Positions 28,622-38,388 of a DNA stretch of 64,000 nt are shown here, piece by piece (the stretch's first letter is position 1; the number at the start of each line of letters is the position of its first letter). The position numbers and the translations under genes were made by a program. Under the pieces are notes generated by a model. The model saw nothing but the letters and a program-made list of their open reading frames with translations. It did no database searches and was not told the origin of the DNA. This DNA is from an uncultured virus (IMG/VR IMGVR_UViG_2029527006_000008) (lineage: Duplodnaviria > Heunggongvirae > Uroviricota > Caudoviricetes): the IMG/VR virus record IMGVR_UViG_2029527006_000008, positions 1 to 64,000 of that record; one strand, 5' to 3'.

Positions 28622-29671
28622 ATGCAACACGATGAATTGATTGACCAAGGGATTGAGGATATCTTTTCGGGCAACGAAAGTTATGCTGGACGTTATATGC
28701 AAGGTCAGTTGTATGCGCATGACGCCATATCTTTTTCCCATCTCTCTGGTAATGAAGGTTTTGTTGGAGCAATTTGGGAAAAGATCAAGCAGTTCTGCAC
28801 ATGGCTAGCCGGCCTGTTTACGGGTAAGAAAGGTACGGGTGAAGCTGCTCGTGAAGTTGGAGCGAAAACCAATCTGCCCAAACCCACCAAAGAAACCATC
28901 AAGGTCACTCCGGTTCCGGTGTCCAAACTCAAAAAGAGTGAGAAAGCACCGAAAACCCACGCACCTACTCCTGAACAGAAAAAGTCTGATCGTGTCACCA
29001 TGAAAGTGGAGTCTTTTCATGAACAGTTGGATCGCGCAGTTAAGGAGTTGAAGGAAGAGGCGGGTGAGCAAAAAGAGGTGACGCTGGTAGAAGTGCCGAC
29101 AAACATGGACGGCATGTTCCAGAACTTGAACACGGTAGGTAATGATCTCAAGGCTGCACTGGATCGCCTGGGTGGTTCTTACGTCATTACTTACGGCATG
29201 GTTAATGCGATAAAGGATGACGTCCCGGCTGATGTCTGGCGGAATATCCGCACTCCAGAACCCACGCAAGTGTTGAAACCGTTTGAAGATATCAAGAAAA
29301 GACTTACCAAGTTTGCTCCCTCGGCGGCTGAGAAAGAAGCCATGACGCGTGATAAGGTGATGTCCGTGGCCGATCACGATGTGACTGGTGTCTGTCAAGC
29401 CATCATCGCGGCGGTAGAAAAGGTGCGTATTTTTACCGACACACATGCTGCTAACAATGACGTTGAGAAAAAGGAGTTTATCGAGAAACGCTTTAAAACG
29501 CGTATCGAGAAAGTCGACGGTAAACGTCAGGGTCAGTTCGCCAGTTTGCTGTTCCGCATGGGCAAATGGGATTATGATTGCTATTGCCTGCTAGAACTGG
29601 CTGACTCGTTTGCTCGTATTAAACAGCGCATCTATAAAGGTGACTATTTGGTACGTGCGCCGCAAGCATAA
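28622..29671 (+). CDS. Putative head protein processed by the prohead protease
   Basis: 349 aa; N-terminal SGNE-S and SGNE-GF sites followed by IWEKIKQF, a pattern seen in phiKZ-like head proteins. Confidence 0.6.
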   Translation: MQHDELIDQGIEDIFSGNESYAGRYMQGQLYAHDAISFSHLSGNEGFVGAIWEKIKQFCTWLAGLFTGKKGTGEAAREVGAKTNLPKPTKETIKVTPVPVSKLKKSEKAPKTHAPTPEQKKSDRVTMKVESFHEQLDRAVKELKEEAGEQKEVTLVEVPTNMDGMFQNLNTVGNDLKAALDRLGGSYVITYGMVNAIKDDVPADVWRNIRTPEPTQVLKPFEDIKKRLTKFAPSAAEKEAMTRDKVMSVADHDVTGVCQAIIAAVEKVRIFTDTHAANNDVEKKEFIEKRFKTRIEKVDGKRQGQFASLLFRMGKWDYDCYCLLELADSFARIKQRIYKGDYLVRAPQA

Positions 29672-29681
29672 ACATAAATAA

Positions 29682-29720
29682 TAACTACTACTCCCGCGAG
29701 GGAGTAGTAGTTAGTTTATT
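29682..29720. terminator. Bidirectional terminator
   Basis: TAACTACTACTCCC-GCGA-GGGAGTAGTAGTTA between convergent genes. Confidence 0.85.
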
Positions 29721-29723
29721 AAC

Positions 29724-30161
29724 TTAATTCAACAGCGACTTCAACGGCGTAAGTAACGGAACCGTTACCTTGATCAACTGCGGTTCAACCTTGACGTTCA
29801 TGCCCATGATCAGTCCAGCATCTACGTGCTTTTCAACCAGCAGGGATTCGCCAAAGCTTTCCAGCAGGCTAACCATGGAAAGACCAACGTCCGACAGCTT
29901 AACAAAGTCCAGACCCTTTGACTCCAGGGTATAGATCAATGCAACACCGTCGCCATTCTTAGCCAGAGCAGTTTCGCTTTTAAACGTCAGATCATTCATG
30001 ACTGCGGTATGATCTTTAACCCAGCGCTGAATGGTGAGGTTATTGATGTGGCCGTTAAAGGCTGAGATCACCTGCAGGCTAAACCACGCCTTTAAATGAT
30101 TTACCGCCATGGCCGCATAGATCGGTGTTGCTAAATCAGTTTGCTGTGTGTTTAAATTCAT
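29724..30161 (-). CDS. Hypothetical protein
   Basis: 145 aa, ATGA overlap with tmk. Confidence 0.7.
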   Translation of the reverse strand: MNLNTQQTDLATPIYAAMAVNHLKAWFSLQVISAFNGHINNLTIQRWVKDHTAVMNDLTFKSETALAKNGDGVALIYTLESKGLDFVKLSDVGLSMVSLLESFGESLLVEKHVDAGLIMGMNVKVEPQLIKVTVPLLTPLKSLLN

Positions 30162-30709
30162 GCAAGTTCACCTACAGGAATGATCATGGTTTTATTGCTG
30201 ACGCGTTGCAACAGTGAACAGGCTTCACGGTAGCGACGCGCTTTGCGATCAAATTTCTCTCGGTCTTTGAGTTCGATCTCAATGACTTCGAGGTTCTTTT
30301 TCTTGGCGAGGCGTTTCAGATAAGTTTCATGTGAAATGCTCAGCAAATAAATGACGTCGGGATGGTTAGGATTGTTATGACCCAATACCCCCATCATTCC
30401 CATGGATTCCTGGTAGACCATGGAACTAACAAAGTTGCGATCACTGATGACAATCTTGCCAGCTTCCAGCGCAGGGCGAATAACCGAATGCCAAAGATAA
30501 TCACGGTTCTCTTTGTACAAACGATACAACTCGTCGCTGTTGGTGGTTTTCTCTTTCAAGAAGTCGCGGATCTTCTGACCAGTGGGATGCCCCATAAACG
30601 GTTCGGTGACCGTAATAATTTCTTTGCCGGTTTTAGCATAAAGCTTCACGAGCTTTTTAATGTACTCTGACTTACCGACTAAGTCTTGTCCTTCTACGAC
30701 GACGTACAT
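30158..30709 (-). CDS. tmk: Thymidylate (dTMP) kinase
   Basis: P-loop EGQDLVGKS, TEP, IRPALEAGKIVISDRNFVSSMVYQ motifs. Confidence 0.93.
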   Translation of the reverse strand: MYVVVEGQDLVGKSEYIKKLVKLYAKTGKEIITVTEPFMGHPTGQKIRDFLKEKTTNSDELYRLYKENRDYLWHSVIRPALEAGKIVISDRNFVSSMVYQESMGMMGVLGHNNPNHPDVIYLLSISHETYLKRLAKKKNLEVIEIELKDREKFDRKARRYREACSLLQRVSNKTMIIPVGELA

Positions 30710-30804
30710 TTGCGACTCCTTTGCAGGAGTTTACCCCAGGCATTGCCAAGCTTTTCAACCGGAGTAGGTTTATAGTTACGGTTGGGTCTGTACTTGGTCG
30801 GCAT
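30694..30804 (-). CDS. Small basic protein (36 aa)
   Basis: GGAGG RBS; MPTKYRPNRNYKPTPVEKLGNAWGKLLQRSRKCTSS; overlaps the tmk start. Confidence 0.5.
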   Translation of the reverse strand: MPTKYRPNRNYKPTPVEKLGNAWGKLLQRSRKCTSS

Positions 30805-30925
30805 GATCAACCTCCGGCTTAGCAGGTTGCTGATTTTTAACCAGCGTGCGGAAGAACTGATTCAGGATCTGTCCGTTACGACCCATGCGTTTAACACGGT
30901 TTTTAGCGATGCGTTTAGTAGCCAT
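30776..30925 (-). CDS. Small basic protein (49 aa)
   Basis: TAATG coupling to the upstream gene; MATKRIAKNRVKRMGRNGQILNQFFRTLVKNQQ... Confidence 0.6.
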   Translation of the reverse strand: MATKRIAKNRVKRMGRNGQILNQFFRTLVKNQQPAKPEVDHADQVQTQP

Positions 30926-31557
30926 TATTGAGTCACCTTAGAAAGTTTGAACATGATCCAGTTGTTGGAGCTCATGCTGGACCCGCAAGGAACGAAGAGG
31001 GCATTATTGGCTGTGTTGCGCAGCACGAAATAGTTGCCGTCTTCATGAATAACGATTTCACGACGCAAGCACTGGCGATGGTCAACCCAGTCTTCGCAAC
31101 GAATGAAATCTGCTTCGCCTTTAAACAACATGTCCATGGCGATGCCGAAACTGACCCGATCTTCAGCGCTAGGAACTTCCGCCCAACGTCCTTTGTTCAG
31201 GTTATCCAGAGTGATGTTCCACTCTTCCTCACGCCCGTCTTTGTTACGAACGTAAGGCTGATAATGAGTGCGCTCTAAACCCTCGACTGGTTTAGTGAAC
31301 AAACGGCGACCGACAACCCCTTTGTCGAAGTTCTGTATTTCAGGGATGTTTCCGTTAAGGAAACCGTTAAATAAAGCTGCCGTATCCTTAGGCTCTTTCA
31401 GCTTACGCTGATTATCCATGTGATAGTTAACGAGTTCGCGAATTTCTTCGACGATAACATCGCGAACCTGTTCAACTTGAGGACCCGAGAGGTCTGGCAG
31501 TTTGCTGGTGAGTACTTCAACTAAGTTATACTCAACCGTTTCAACATTGTCAGTCAT
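30925..31557 (-). CDS. Hypothetical protein
   Basis: 210 aa in a tightly packed operon. Confidence 0.75.
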   Translation of the reverse strand: MTDNVETVEYNLVEVLTSKLPDLSGPQVEQVRDVIVEEIRELVNYHMDNQRKLKEPKDTAALFNGFLNGNIPEIQNFDKGVVGRRLFTKPVEGLERTHYQPYVRNKDGREEEWNITLDNLNKGRWAEVPSAEDRVSFGIAMDMLFKGEADFIRCEDWVDHRQCLRREIVIHEDGNYFVLRNTANNALFVPCGSSMSSNNWIMFKLSKVTQ

Positions 31558-31566
31558 AAACCCGCC

Positions 31567-32919
31567 TTATTGATAATTATCTCTTGTTATAATTCGTAAG
31601 CACATATAAACAAGAAATGCCGTTCTCAGTGAAATTATAGTGCTCGGTGTCCGGATACCTGTTTGTGAGGTTACCAGCTCATCACCGAACTGTCGCAGAA
31701 ACAGTACTGTCTCATTAACGGAGCGAGGTGAGTTATACGCACCTTTCATTTTTCGCGCTACGTCAACAACATGAGTCTTCAAAATATTGTTAACACGCAT
31801 GTATTCAAAGAGATGCACAGTGAGTTCATCAACAAACTTGTGTGCCGGTTCGGCGCCTTTCTTGCTGTTGTAAATGCCCGGGAAAGCACGCACAACATAC
31901 GCCAGCTTGTCAGTCCCACCGAACTCAGCGATCTTGCAGGCATAACGAATCAGCTCTTCTTTGTAGAAAGCCTGTTCAGATACCAGGACGCTCTCAATAT
32001 AGTTTTTATATTGAGGGACTTCTTTGCTGACGTTCTTAATAGTGACGCCGTCTTCCAGATTAACTGTGTTACCTTCGATGCTCAGGATATCGGTTTTATT
32101 CTTAACGTCATGGAACACTTTGTTGATGTCGTTAATTACACCGCGTAAACGGTCCTGGATGTCACCGATCATGTAAACGACTTTAGCATCGTTCTTCATG
32201 GTGGTGTAAGCATCAAAGTGGATACCGGTGCGGGGGTCGAGGATAAACTCAGCACGCGCTTCGATCAGTGCACGCCATGAACCATAACGCTTGATGTCAT
32301 ATTTCAGAGACAGGCGGTTATAAGTTTCAATAGCGACTTCTTTACGAGCCAGGAACTTGTAGTCGTTGGCAATGATACTGGTTAAACACTTGTAGTGATA
32401 CATGCAGATGATATCAACCATAGCCTGGTGCTTGGTCTTGTCATCCATGTTCTTGGAGTGGTACGCCTGGCAAAGCAGGTACGCGACCGACATGTTCCAA
32501 ACGTCGGATACGACGTGCCACTCTTTCTTAACCACGCCAGAAGCAATCAGTTCTTCATAGAGCTGATCTTCATCCGCATCGTAGATCTCGCTAAACCACT
32601 GGTTGCGGTCAGCAGTAGTGAACACGATCTTCTGCAAGCCGAGGTAAGGCGAACCAAAGAACTCGGTGTAATCAGTCATGCCTTGTTTGCGAGTGGTGAA
32701 CGTATAGACGTAGCGACGAAGACGTTGCGCCCACTTCGCATCGTAATCTTCCTGGTCCTGCTTGAAATAGATGTCGAAGATCTTGCCAGCACCGGAAACG
32801 CTATAGGCTTCCAGTCCCGCATACTGCATCAGGAACTGTTCGAAACCTGCCCGGTTCTCTTCGAACATGAAGTGTTGTGCATCAAAGTTTTTCATTGGGA
32901 TTACTCGTGAGATTATCAA
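31567..32919 (-). CDS. Conserved jumbo phage protein
   Basis: 450-aa long ORF in a tightly packed operon. Confidence 0.75.
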   Translation of the reverse strand: MIISRVIPMKNFDAQHFMFEENRAGFEQFLMQYAGLEAYSVSGAGKIFDIYFKQDQEDYDAKWAQRLRRYVYTFTTRKQGMTDYTEFFGSPYLGLQKIVFTTADRNQWFSEIYDADEDQLYEELIASGVVKKEWHVVSDVWNMSVAYLLCQAYHSKNMDDKTKHQAMVDIICMYHYKCLTSIIANDYKFLARKEVAIETYNRLSLKYDIKRYGSWRALIEARAEFILDPRTGIHFDAYTTMKNDAKVVYMIGDIQDRLRGVINDINKVFHDVKNKTDILSIEGNTVNLEDGVTIKNVSKEVPQYKNYIESVLVSEQAFYKEELIRYACKIAEFGGTDKLAYVVRAFPGIYNSKKGAEPAHKFVDELTVHLFEYMRVNNILKTHVVDVARKMKGAYNSPRSVNETVLFLRQFGDELVTSQTGIRTPSTIISLRTAFLVYMCLRIITRDNYQ

Positions 32920-33775
32920 CGGTTTTATTTAAAAGCTGAACAGCGTTATTAACGTAGAGAATGATCTCGGTGATAAGTTCGAGATTGGTCAGGGTCAAGA
33001 CCAGAAGCTCATGTACGTGGTGTTCAGCCAGTTCTTTTAATTTGGTTTCAGGAAACGCTTTGGGTAACAACAGGCTTACATCATTTGCCGCCCACTGTTT
33101 CTTTCCTGTTAATAAACCAGGGAGTGTTGCAATACCTACGAAAGCACGCATCAGGTTATTAAGTTGATCACTTACGCTGAAAAACGTTAGGGTCGCTGAC
33201 GGGTAGAGCGACGACCCGGTGTAATCCGCTTTCAGACGTTCAATAGCCGCTGTGACTTCTTCACCCGCATTAACCACCACATCCGCCGCTGGTTTGTAAG
33301 ACAGTTCGACGGCACCATTTAATAATTCTTGTATGCGTTTGGTGTTAGCGAGATAGCTGTCAGTGCGCAGCATAATAAATGTTTGTGTCTCAACCACTTT
33401 GGTTAAGCTCTCCACGTATTCTTGCAAGTTAATTACGCGGTAGATGTTTGCGAGTTTTATGACATTGGCATTCTTGAAAGTATCATAAAGACGATAAGGC
33501 CCCACCAGTTCATTATAACGATGAACAGTTTTGGTCCACAGGTTTGCATACCAGTTATAGATATAACCTATACGAACATCGTCTTCGCCGTAAAAGCGAC
33601 CAGGCATACCGATATTAAAAGCAGATGCCTGACCGTGCAAGAACAGTTGTCCGCAGACGTAACGTGCATCGAAGCTTTCACGATCCAAGCAATAATCTTC
33701 CAGCCCGTCGACTAAGCGATCAACGATACTCTTAGTTGTGTTTGGCATGTTTGCCTCGAATAAAGTTAGTGACAT
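32882..33775 (-). CDS. Hypothetical (possibly virion) protein
   Basis: 297 aa; the true start may be the MPNTT ATG after GAGG; DGLE possible cleavage site. Confidence 0.7.
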   Translation of the reverse strand: MSLTLFEANMPNTTKSIVDRLVDGLEDYCLDRESFDARYVCGQLFLHGQASAFNIGMPGRFYGEDDVRIGYIYNWYANLWTKTVHRYNELVGPYRLYDTFKNANVIKLANIYRVINLQEYVESLTKVVETQTFIMLRTDSYLANTKRIQELLNGAVELSYKPAADVVVNAGEEVTAAIERLKADYTGSSLYPSATLTFFSVSDQLNNLMRAFVGIATLPGLLTGKKQWAANDVSLLLPKAFPETKLKELAEHHVHELLVLTLTNLELITEIILYVNNAVQLLNKTVDNLTSNPNEKL

Positions 33776-33779
33776 AAAA

Positions 33780-33807
33780 CTGATTAGGAGGCGAACCCCC
33801 TAATCAG
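33780..33807 (-). terminator. Hairpin/terminator after the 33812-34654 gene
   Basis: CTGATTAGG...CCTAATCAG inverted repeat with TTTT on the minus strand. Confidence 0.6.
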
Positions 33808-33811
33808 CTGG

Positions 33812-34654
33812 TTACATTCTTCTTGGCACGATTGCTGCAATGGCGTTGGCTACACGACGTACATCGGAATAACCCATGGCTTGTGTCCAACTGGTTTTAA
33901 ACAGCTCACGGTACTGGTTCCACGCATCGCGGTATTCAGAGATATCGTCACGGATAGCATCCAGACTTACCCCGCTACGGCGCACCGCTTCTTCCGCAGG
34001 ACGTTTGCACGTACGGAAGATGTAGTTCTTGGTCGCGAGAATACAGAGATCACCAAACAGATCCCAGGAACGTGGGTCGATCACAGAAAGTGAATCGTCG
34101 TATTCCAGAATCATTTTGGCACACATGGAGAACAGCGGATTTGTCATGCCTTCGATAACGAACGAGTTGTTACCGTTCATGTGAATGGTGGTAAACGAAG
34201 TAGGCATAGCGCGACTGCTTTGCAAGCTATCCAACATCCCGCTTAACATCTCATTCATTACACCTTGCCCGCACATTGACGCAGAGGAGTTTAAACCCAG
34301 CACACCTGTAACGGAGTTCAGTGAACCCAAGTACACCTCGGTGACGTTCACAATGTGACGACCGCCTGTGATATGAAGTGGGCATTTCACTTCAACGCAA
34401 CCGTCACCCATGTCGCGTACACGACTTCCATAGAGATCAATGAATTCGGTTTTACCGCCATTGATTTTGCAGGAAGGCAGTACCGATGCATGAATAACCT
34501 TTTCGCGTATGCCTTGCTCAACAGTGGTCTGGTCCACGTAGTCGTACCAGTTACCTGCAAAGTTACCGTTGGGATTAGCAAAGGCAAGCTCGAGCAAATA
34601 CTGGTCGATGTCCGAGTTCTGAACCATGTTGATAGCGTGTTCAACGCAACTCAT
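33812..34654 (-). CDS. Conserved phiKZ-like virion structural protein
   Basis: 280 aa, GAGGG RBS; N-terminal AI..V...I...LL.LAF pattern. Confidence 0.6.
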   Translation of the reverse strand: MSCVEHAINMVQNSDIDQYLLELAFANPNGNFAGNWYDYVDQTTVEQGIREKVIHASVLPSCKINGGKTEFIDLYGSRVRDMGDGCVEVKCPLHITGGRHIVNVTEVYLGSLNSVTGVLGLNSSASMCGQGVMNEMLSGMLDSLQSSRAMPTSFTTIHMNGNNSFVIEGMTNPLFSMCAKMILEYDDSLSVIDPRSWDLFGDLCILATKNYIFRTCKRPAEEAVRRSGVSLDAIRDDISEYRDAWNQYRELFKTSWTQAMGYSDVRRVANAIAAIVPRRM

Positions 34655-34709
34655 GTTTTCTACCCTCAGTAATGACTGTCATAGCATTTATAATAGAATT
34701 AATCTGAAA

Positions 34710-34719
34710 CCTATATCAT
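34710..34719 (+). promoter_or_regulatory. Early promoter motif variant
   Basis: CCTATATCAT heading a plus-strand block of small genes. Confidence 0.55.
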
Positions 34720-34766
34720 CTGGGTAGTGTAAAATTATTTAAGCCGTTTTCGGTAGGAGAAAAGAA

Positions 34767-35063
34767 ATGAATATCCCAGCACCACGACCTGTCAGTGATT
34801 TCACTGAAGAAGAAAAGCGTTACTTAGACGTACTTGACTTCCTTCAAAACACAAAAACACTGTATCGCATATTGCTTAATCGCCCTAACGTAAAACGCCA
34901 CACCAAGGCCGAGATACGTCAGGCGCTGTATCAGATGGATGAAGTCGGTGATCGTTTAACCCGTAACTCATCCATGAAAGATTTGGATGAGGGTTGGGTA
35001 ACTATCCAAACGCATTTTAATCGTTACTGTGCGTTTTCTCAGCGCACCAGAAACCGGAGATAA
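34767..35063 (+). CDS. Hypothetical protein
   Basis: 98 aa, AGGAG RBS. Confidence 0.7.
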   Translation: MNIPAPRPVSDFTEEEKRYLDVLDFLQNTKTLYRILLNRPNVKRHTKAEIRQALYQMDEVGDRLTRNSSMKDLDEGWVTIQTHFNRYCAFSQRTRNRR

Positions 35064-35068
35064 CTACT

Positions 35069-35701
35069 ATGAGCATTCTTGACATTTTGGAGGATTACAA
35101 CGGCACCGTATACCGGATGTCCGACAGTCGTTTTGCGTTAACCTTTTGGTTTGCCTTGCCTGAACGTAATGGCGGGGGTGAATTAAAAACCGTGTTCTTT
35201 GCAGATGCCGCTAACTGTAACCGTTTCGCTGCGGAACAAACGCAAGACAACTTCAAGCCCACTGTTTATAATCTGGGCAAACCGCAGTACGATGAGCAGT
35301 TTGGTTTTTCTGCTTACGGCGTAATTTCAAAGAACTTACGCGAAGCTTTTTGTTATCGTTTATTGCATCCTTCCAAGGACATTTTGAAAGGAACGATTCT
35401 TACGCGGGATCAAGTTGATGAGCGAATCAAACGAGGGCTGTCGGTAACTATGCAGTCTCGGTGCGAAGACGATCGGGAGGTGTGCTTCTTCACGGACAAT
35501 TGTTTGTTCGGCTACACTATCCTGCCTGCGTCTTTTGTTTCAACAACGTTCTCGAGTCCTTTCCGGGTTACTCCACAAGAAGGCGTCGAGCACGGCTATA
35601 TTACGGATGTCGACCAGTTCCTTAAAGTCTATGGTCAAGACGTAAAGATCCTGTGGGATATTAACGGGTTGTTGGATGAACTGAATATTCCAGAGGAATA
35701 A
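35069..35701 (+). CDS. Hypothetical protein
   Basis: 210 aa, GGAG RBS. Confidence 0.75.
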   Translation: MSILDILEDYNGTVYRMSDSRFALTFWFALPERNGGGELKTVFFADAANCNRFAAEQTQDNFKPTVYNLGKPQYDEQFGFSAYGVISKNLREAFCYRLLHPSKDILKGTILTRDQVDERIKRGLSVTMQSRCEDDREVCFFTDNCLFGYTILPASFVSTTFSSPFRVTPQEGVEHGYITDVDQFLKVYGQDVKILWDINGLLDELNIPEE

Positions 35702-35745
35702 ATAATAACAAATGGGCAAAGTGTCCCATCATTGAGACTAGCATC

Positions 35746-36105
35746 ATGATTATTGCATTATTCGTTACGACAATCCTGCTCATTGTTGGAGTGGTGATGT
35801 ATTCACTGTGGTCTGTATACACCACAGATGAAAGTATCCGTCGCAGCATTGAGATCCAGCGCGGTAACAAGATCGTTGCCAAAGTAACGCGTGGGAAGAC
35901 GCTGTATCGCTTCACACTTCCTTACGACGAGCTAAGTGTTGGGTTATCTGACCTTACGCTTAAACTCATGGTAGAAGACGCGATAGTGCGTGCAGTACAT
36001 GCATACAAACCCGGGAAAGAGAACACGGAACACGAATTCTTTTTAACGACGCAATATGCTACTAAGCACGCGCCTTTTCATGCACAACGGATAATTCCCG
36101 CTTAG
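35746..36105 (+). CDS. Hypothetical membrane protein
   Basis: N-terminal TM helix IIALFVTTILLIVGVVMYSLW. Confidence 0.7.
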   Translation: MIIALFVTTILLIVGVVMYSLWSVYTTDESIRRSIEIQRGNKIVAKVTRGKTLYRFTLPYDELSVGLSDLTLKLMVEDAIVRAVHAYKPGKENTEHEFFLTTQYATKHAPFHAQRIIPA

Positions 36106-36193
36106 GCTTTATTAGTAAAAATATAATCTGACACTGCAGAGGGAAACCTCTGTGGTGTTTGTCTGTCTGTTTGTTTTAATAATGGGGTAGTAA

Positions 36194-36577
36194 ATGCTTA
36201 ATATAAAAGTAGATTCGATGGAAGAAGAAGGGCGTAACTCCAAACTCGTTGCGCGGGTTAGAAACAAATTCTTCATTGTAACGTTAGTGCGTAAAACTGA
36301 CAAACCCACTGATGAAGAAATGCTTAAAGTTATTTCAGCAGTAATGGGTGATTATCAACAGCTTCTCAAATCCGAACAACATTCACTTGGGACACCTACC
36401 AAAGTTGTGGAAGTTGAATACTTTTGGGATTGGGAGAGAGATAAAGAAAGTGGTAAAATGAGCGGTAGTTTATTTGACCATCCGCATTTCAATGGCGTTG
36501 CTGGGATGAAATACTTTTCTCCGCTGCAAGCTGAAAAATTATTACCTATACTCGAGGAGGAGTTTGGAAATGAGTAA
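36194..36577 (+). CDS. Hypothetical protein
   Basis: 127 aa, GGGG RBS. Confidence 0.7.
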   Translation: MLNIKVDSMEEEGRNSKLVARVRNKFFIVTLVRKTDKPTDEEMLKVISAVMGDYQQLLKSEQHSLGTPTKVVEVEYFWDWERDKESGKMSGSLFDHPHFNGVAGMKYFSPLQAEKLLPILEEEFGNE

Positions 36578-37088
36578 CACTAAGAAGTTGTCTGACATGC
36601 TTACCTGGGTTAATCACGGCGAACGGTTTGTTGAGGGTATGAACGGTAACCTGGTCCCGCACGTGAAAGAAGCCTACCGCTTGATCCGCGATGCGGTGAA
36701 AAAGGAGATGGTTGATCTACCGGAGCTCGACGGACTGGTAAAGAGCATGAAACAGATGCAGCAGAACGGAACCAATCCTTATAACGGTTATGAGCAGAGC
36801 GTTCTGATTGACCGCTACCGGGAACTGAAGCAAGCTCTGTGGGTTCAACGCTGCGACTACCTGGCAGCACTGAAAGCTGTGGAGCACACGCTGTCTGACA
36901 AACTCAGCGAGCTGCTCCGCCTGGAAGCAGGTAATTGGCAGACCGTTACTTCTGTTCGCACCGAGCTGGATGCTGTGCGTGACAAGATCAGTGGTGTTGA
37001 AGAGCAAAAGGAAAACGTGTTTTTCAAACAGCGCATGATCAAAGAAGCCGTTCTACTCAACAAGTTTTACGCAGGAGAAAAGATCTGA
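36570..37088 (+). CDS. Hypothetical coiled-coil protein
   Basis: GAGGAGGAG RBS before ATG 36570; helical heptads. Confidence 0.75.
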   Translation: MSNTKKLSDMLTWVNHGERFVEGMNGNLVPHVKEAYRLIRDAVKKEMVDLPELDGLVKSMKQMQQNGTNPYNGYEQSVLIDRYRELKQALWVQRCDYLAALKAVEHTLSDKLSELLRLEAGNWQTVTSVRTELDAVRDKISGVEEQKENVFFKQRMIKEAVLLNKFYAGEKI

Positions 37089-37127
37089 AAGCGCACTTCA
37101 CAACAGGAAGGTTGATTAATTAATAAG

Positions 37128-37160
37128 TGCTACTCACTCCACACGGAGTGAGTAGCTTCA
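37128..37160 (+). terminator. Hairpin (possible terminator) before the HNH gene
   Basis: GCTACTCACTCC-ACAC-GGAGTGAGTAGC; lacks a long U tract. Confidence 0.55.
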
Positions 37161-37171
37161 TAGGAGCAGGC

Positions 37172-37951
37172 ATGAATACAGTAAAAGATTTATTAACAAA
37201 AGAAGAGATGGGGGAATATGACGCAATAGGTTTTCCTGGCAACGTAAGGGTGTTACACAACGCGTTAATAAAGAAGTTGGAAACTGACCCAGATTATGAG
37301 GTGTGGGTTCCTACACGCTATTACAGCTACGGTGTGAAGGATCAGACCAATGCACTGATCGATTTAAAAACGGTTCACTACATGGTGAGCAACAAAGGAA
37401 CAGTTAAAAGTATCAGGCACAAAAAAGAACTCAAGCCAGAACACAGTTCTTCCTACGTCAGGTACAAGTTTTATATTGAAGGTAGCGTATTCAGAATGCG
37501 GACACATCGTTTAGTGGCTTCGTGTTTTGTTCCGCGTAAAGAACCTTTTGAAGAAACTCCTTTTAGTGAATTGGAAGTAAACCACATCGACACAGATAAA
37601 CTCCACAATGACTTCCGTAATTTAGAGTGGTGTAGTGGTAAGCATAATTTAGCTCACGCTAAAGAAAATGGCTTGTACGTTACCGCTCCTTTGCTGGTGG
37701 AAGTTTGCATCGAAGGCAAGTACAAAGGTTTTAAGTTTACGGTTGATTCAAAGAGGAAAGGTTGCGAATTCCTCAAAGGCGGATATTACAAAGGAATTAA
37801 TCGATCAATCGAACATGGTTCCATCATTAAGGGATGTAAGTGGAGTTTCGCCTCTATCGAGGATATCGAAAAGTTCGGAGGTGTGATTGTTCCTCTTGAG
37901 TTGAGAGAGATGATAATCAATCATAATCGTCGAAATATCACACCTCCTTAA
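37172..37951 (+). CDS. Free-standing HNH homing endonuclease
   Basis: VSNKG.VKS (NUMOD4-like), HRLVA..F, EVNHIDTDKLHNDFRNLEWCSGKHNLAHA; AGGAG RBS before ATG 37172. Confidence 0.88.
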   Translation: MNTVKDLLTKEEMGEYDAIGFPGNVRVLHNALIKKLETDPDYEVWVPTRYYSYGVKDQTNALIDLKTVHYMVSNKGTVKSIRHKKELKPEHSSSYVRYKFYIEGSVFRMRTHRLVASCFVPRKEPFEETPFSELEVNHIDTDKLHNDFRNLEWCSGKHNLAHAKENGLYVTAPLLVEVCIEGKYKGFKFTVDSKRKGCEFLKGGYYKGINRSIEHGSIIKGCKWSFASIEDIEKFGGVIVPLELREMIINHNRRNITPP

Positions 37952-38038
37952 CGGGGGTGTTTTATCTCGTTTTAATATTTTTTCATTGTATTTACTAATC
38001 TTATGGATTCCTTTGGGGGAAACCCCAGGAAGGGGGCT

Positions 38039-38176
38039 ATTCACCTTACTTACTATATATTACTATTATTACTAATTACACTAGGTAAAGTAAGGTGAAT
38101 CATAGTAAGAGGGATTGGCACGTTACTTTATATATTTATAATAAGTATTACTATATACACTAGGGTAAGTAACGTG
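38039..38176. repeat. Two tandem AT-rich inverted-repeat units
   Basis: ATTCACCTTACTT(38039-51)/AAGTAAGGTGAAT(38088-100) and CACGTTACTT(38119-28)/AAGTAACGTG(38167-76); both loops end in TACACTAGG. Confidence 0.75.
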
Positions 38177-38286
38177 GGTAGGAAGAATTAGAAAGCTCTG
38201 TAGGGAAGAAAAAGACTACCATTAACTATACCTTCTCTAACTCCGTAAAAGGGGTTAGAAAGGACAGAGATAAAAAAGATTATAGA

Positions 38287-38296
38287 TCTATATTAC
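38287..38296 (+). promoter_or_regulatory. Early promoter motif
   Basis: TCTATATTAC. Confidence 0.75.
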
Positions 38297-38388
38297 TTGG
38301 GAGTAGTAACTGTAATAAAACATAACTCTATTGCTTATTAAGGGTAGGGTCCATAAACGAACTTAACAAGGATTGGAGGAAACGTTTC

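Noticed and set aside
37952..38280. Possible CRISPR mini-array
   Set aside because: Only two imperfect units with internal inverted repeats, no repeat-spacer periodicity, no cas genes
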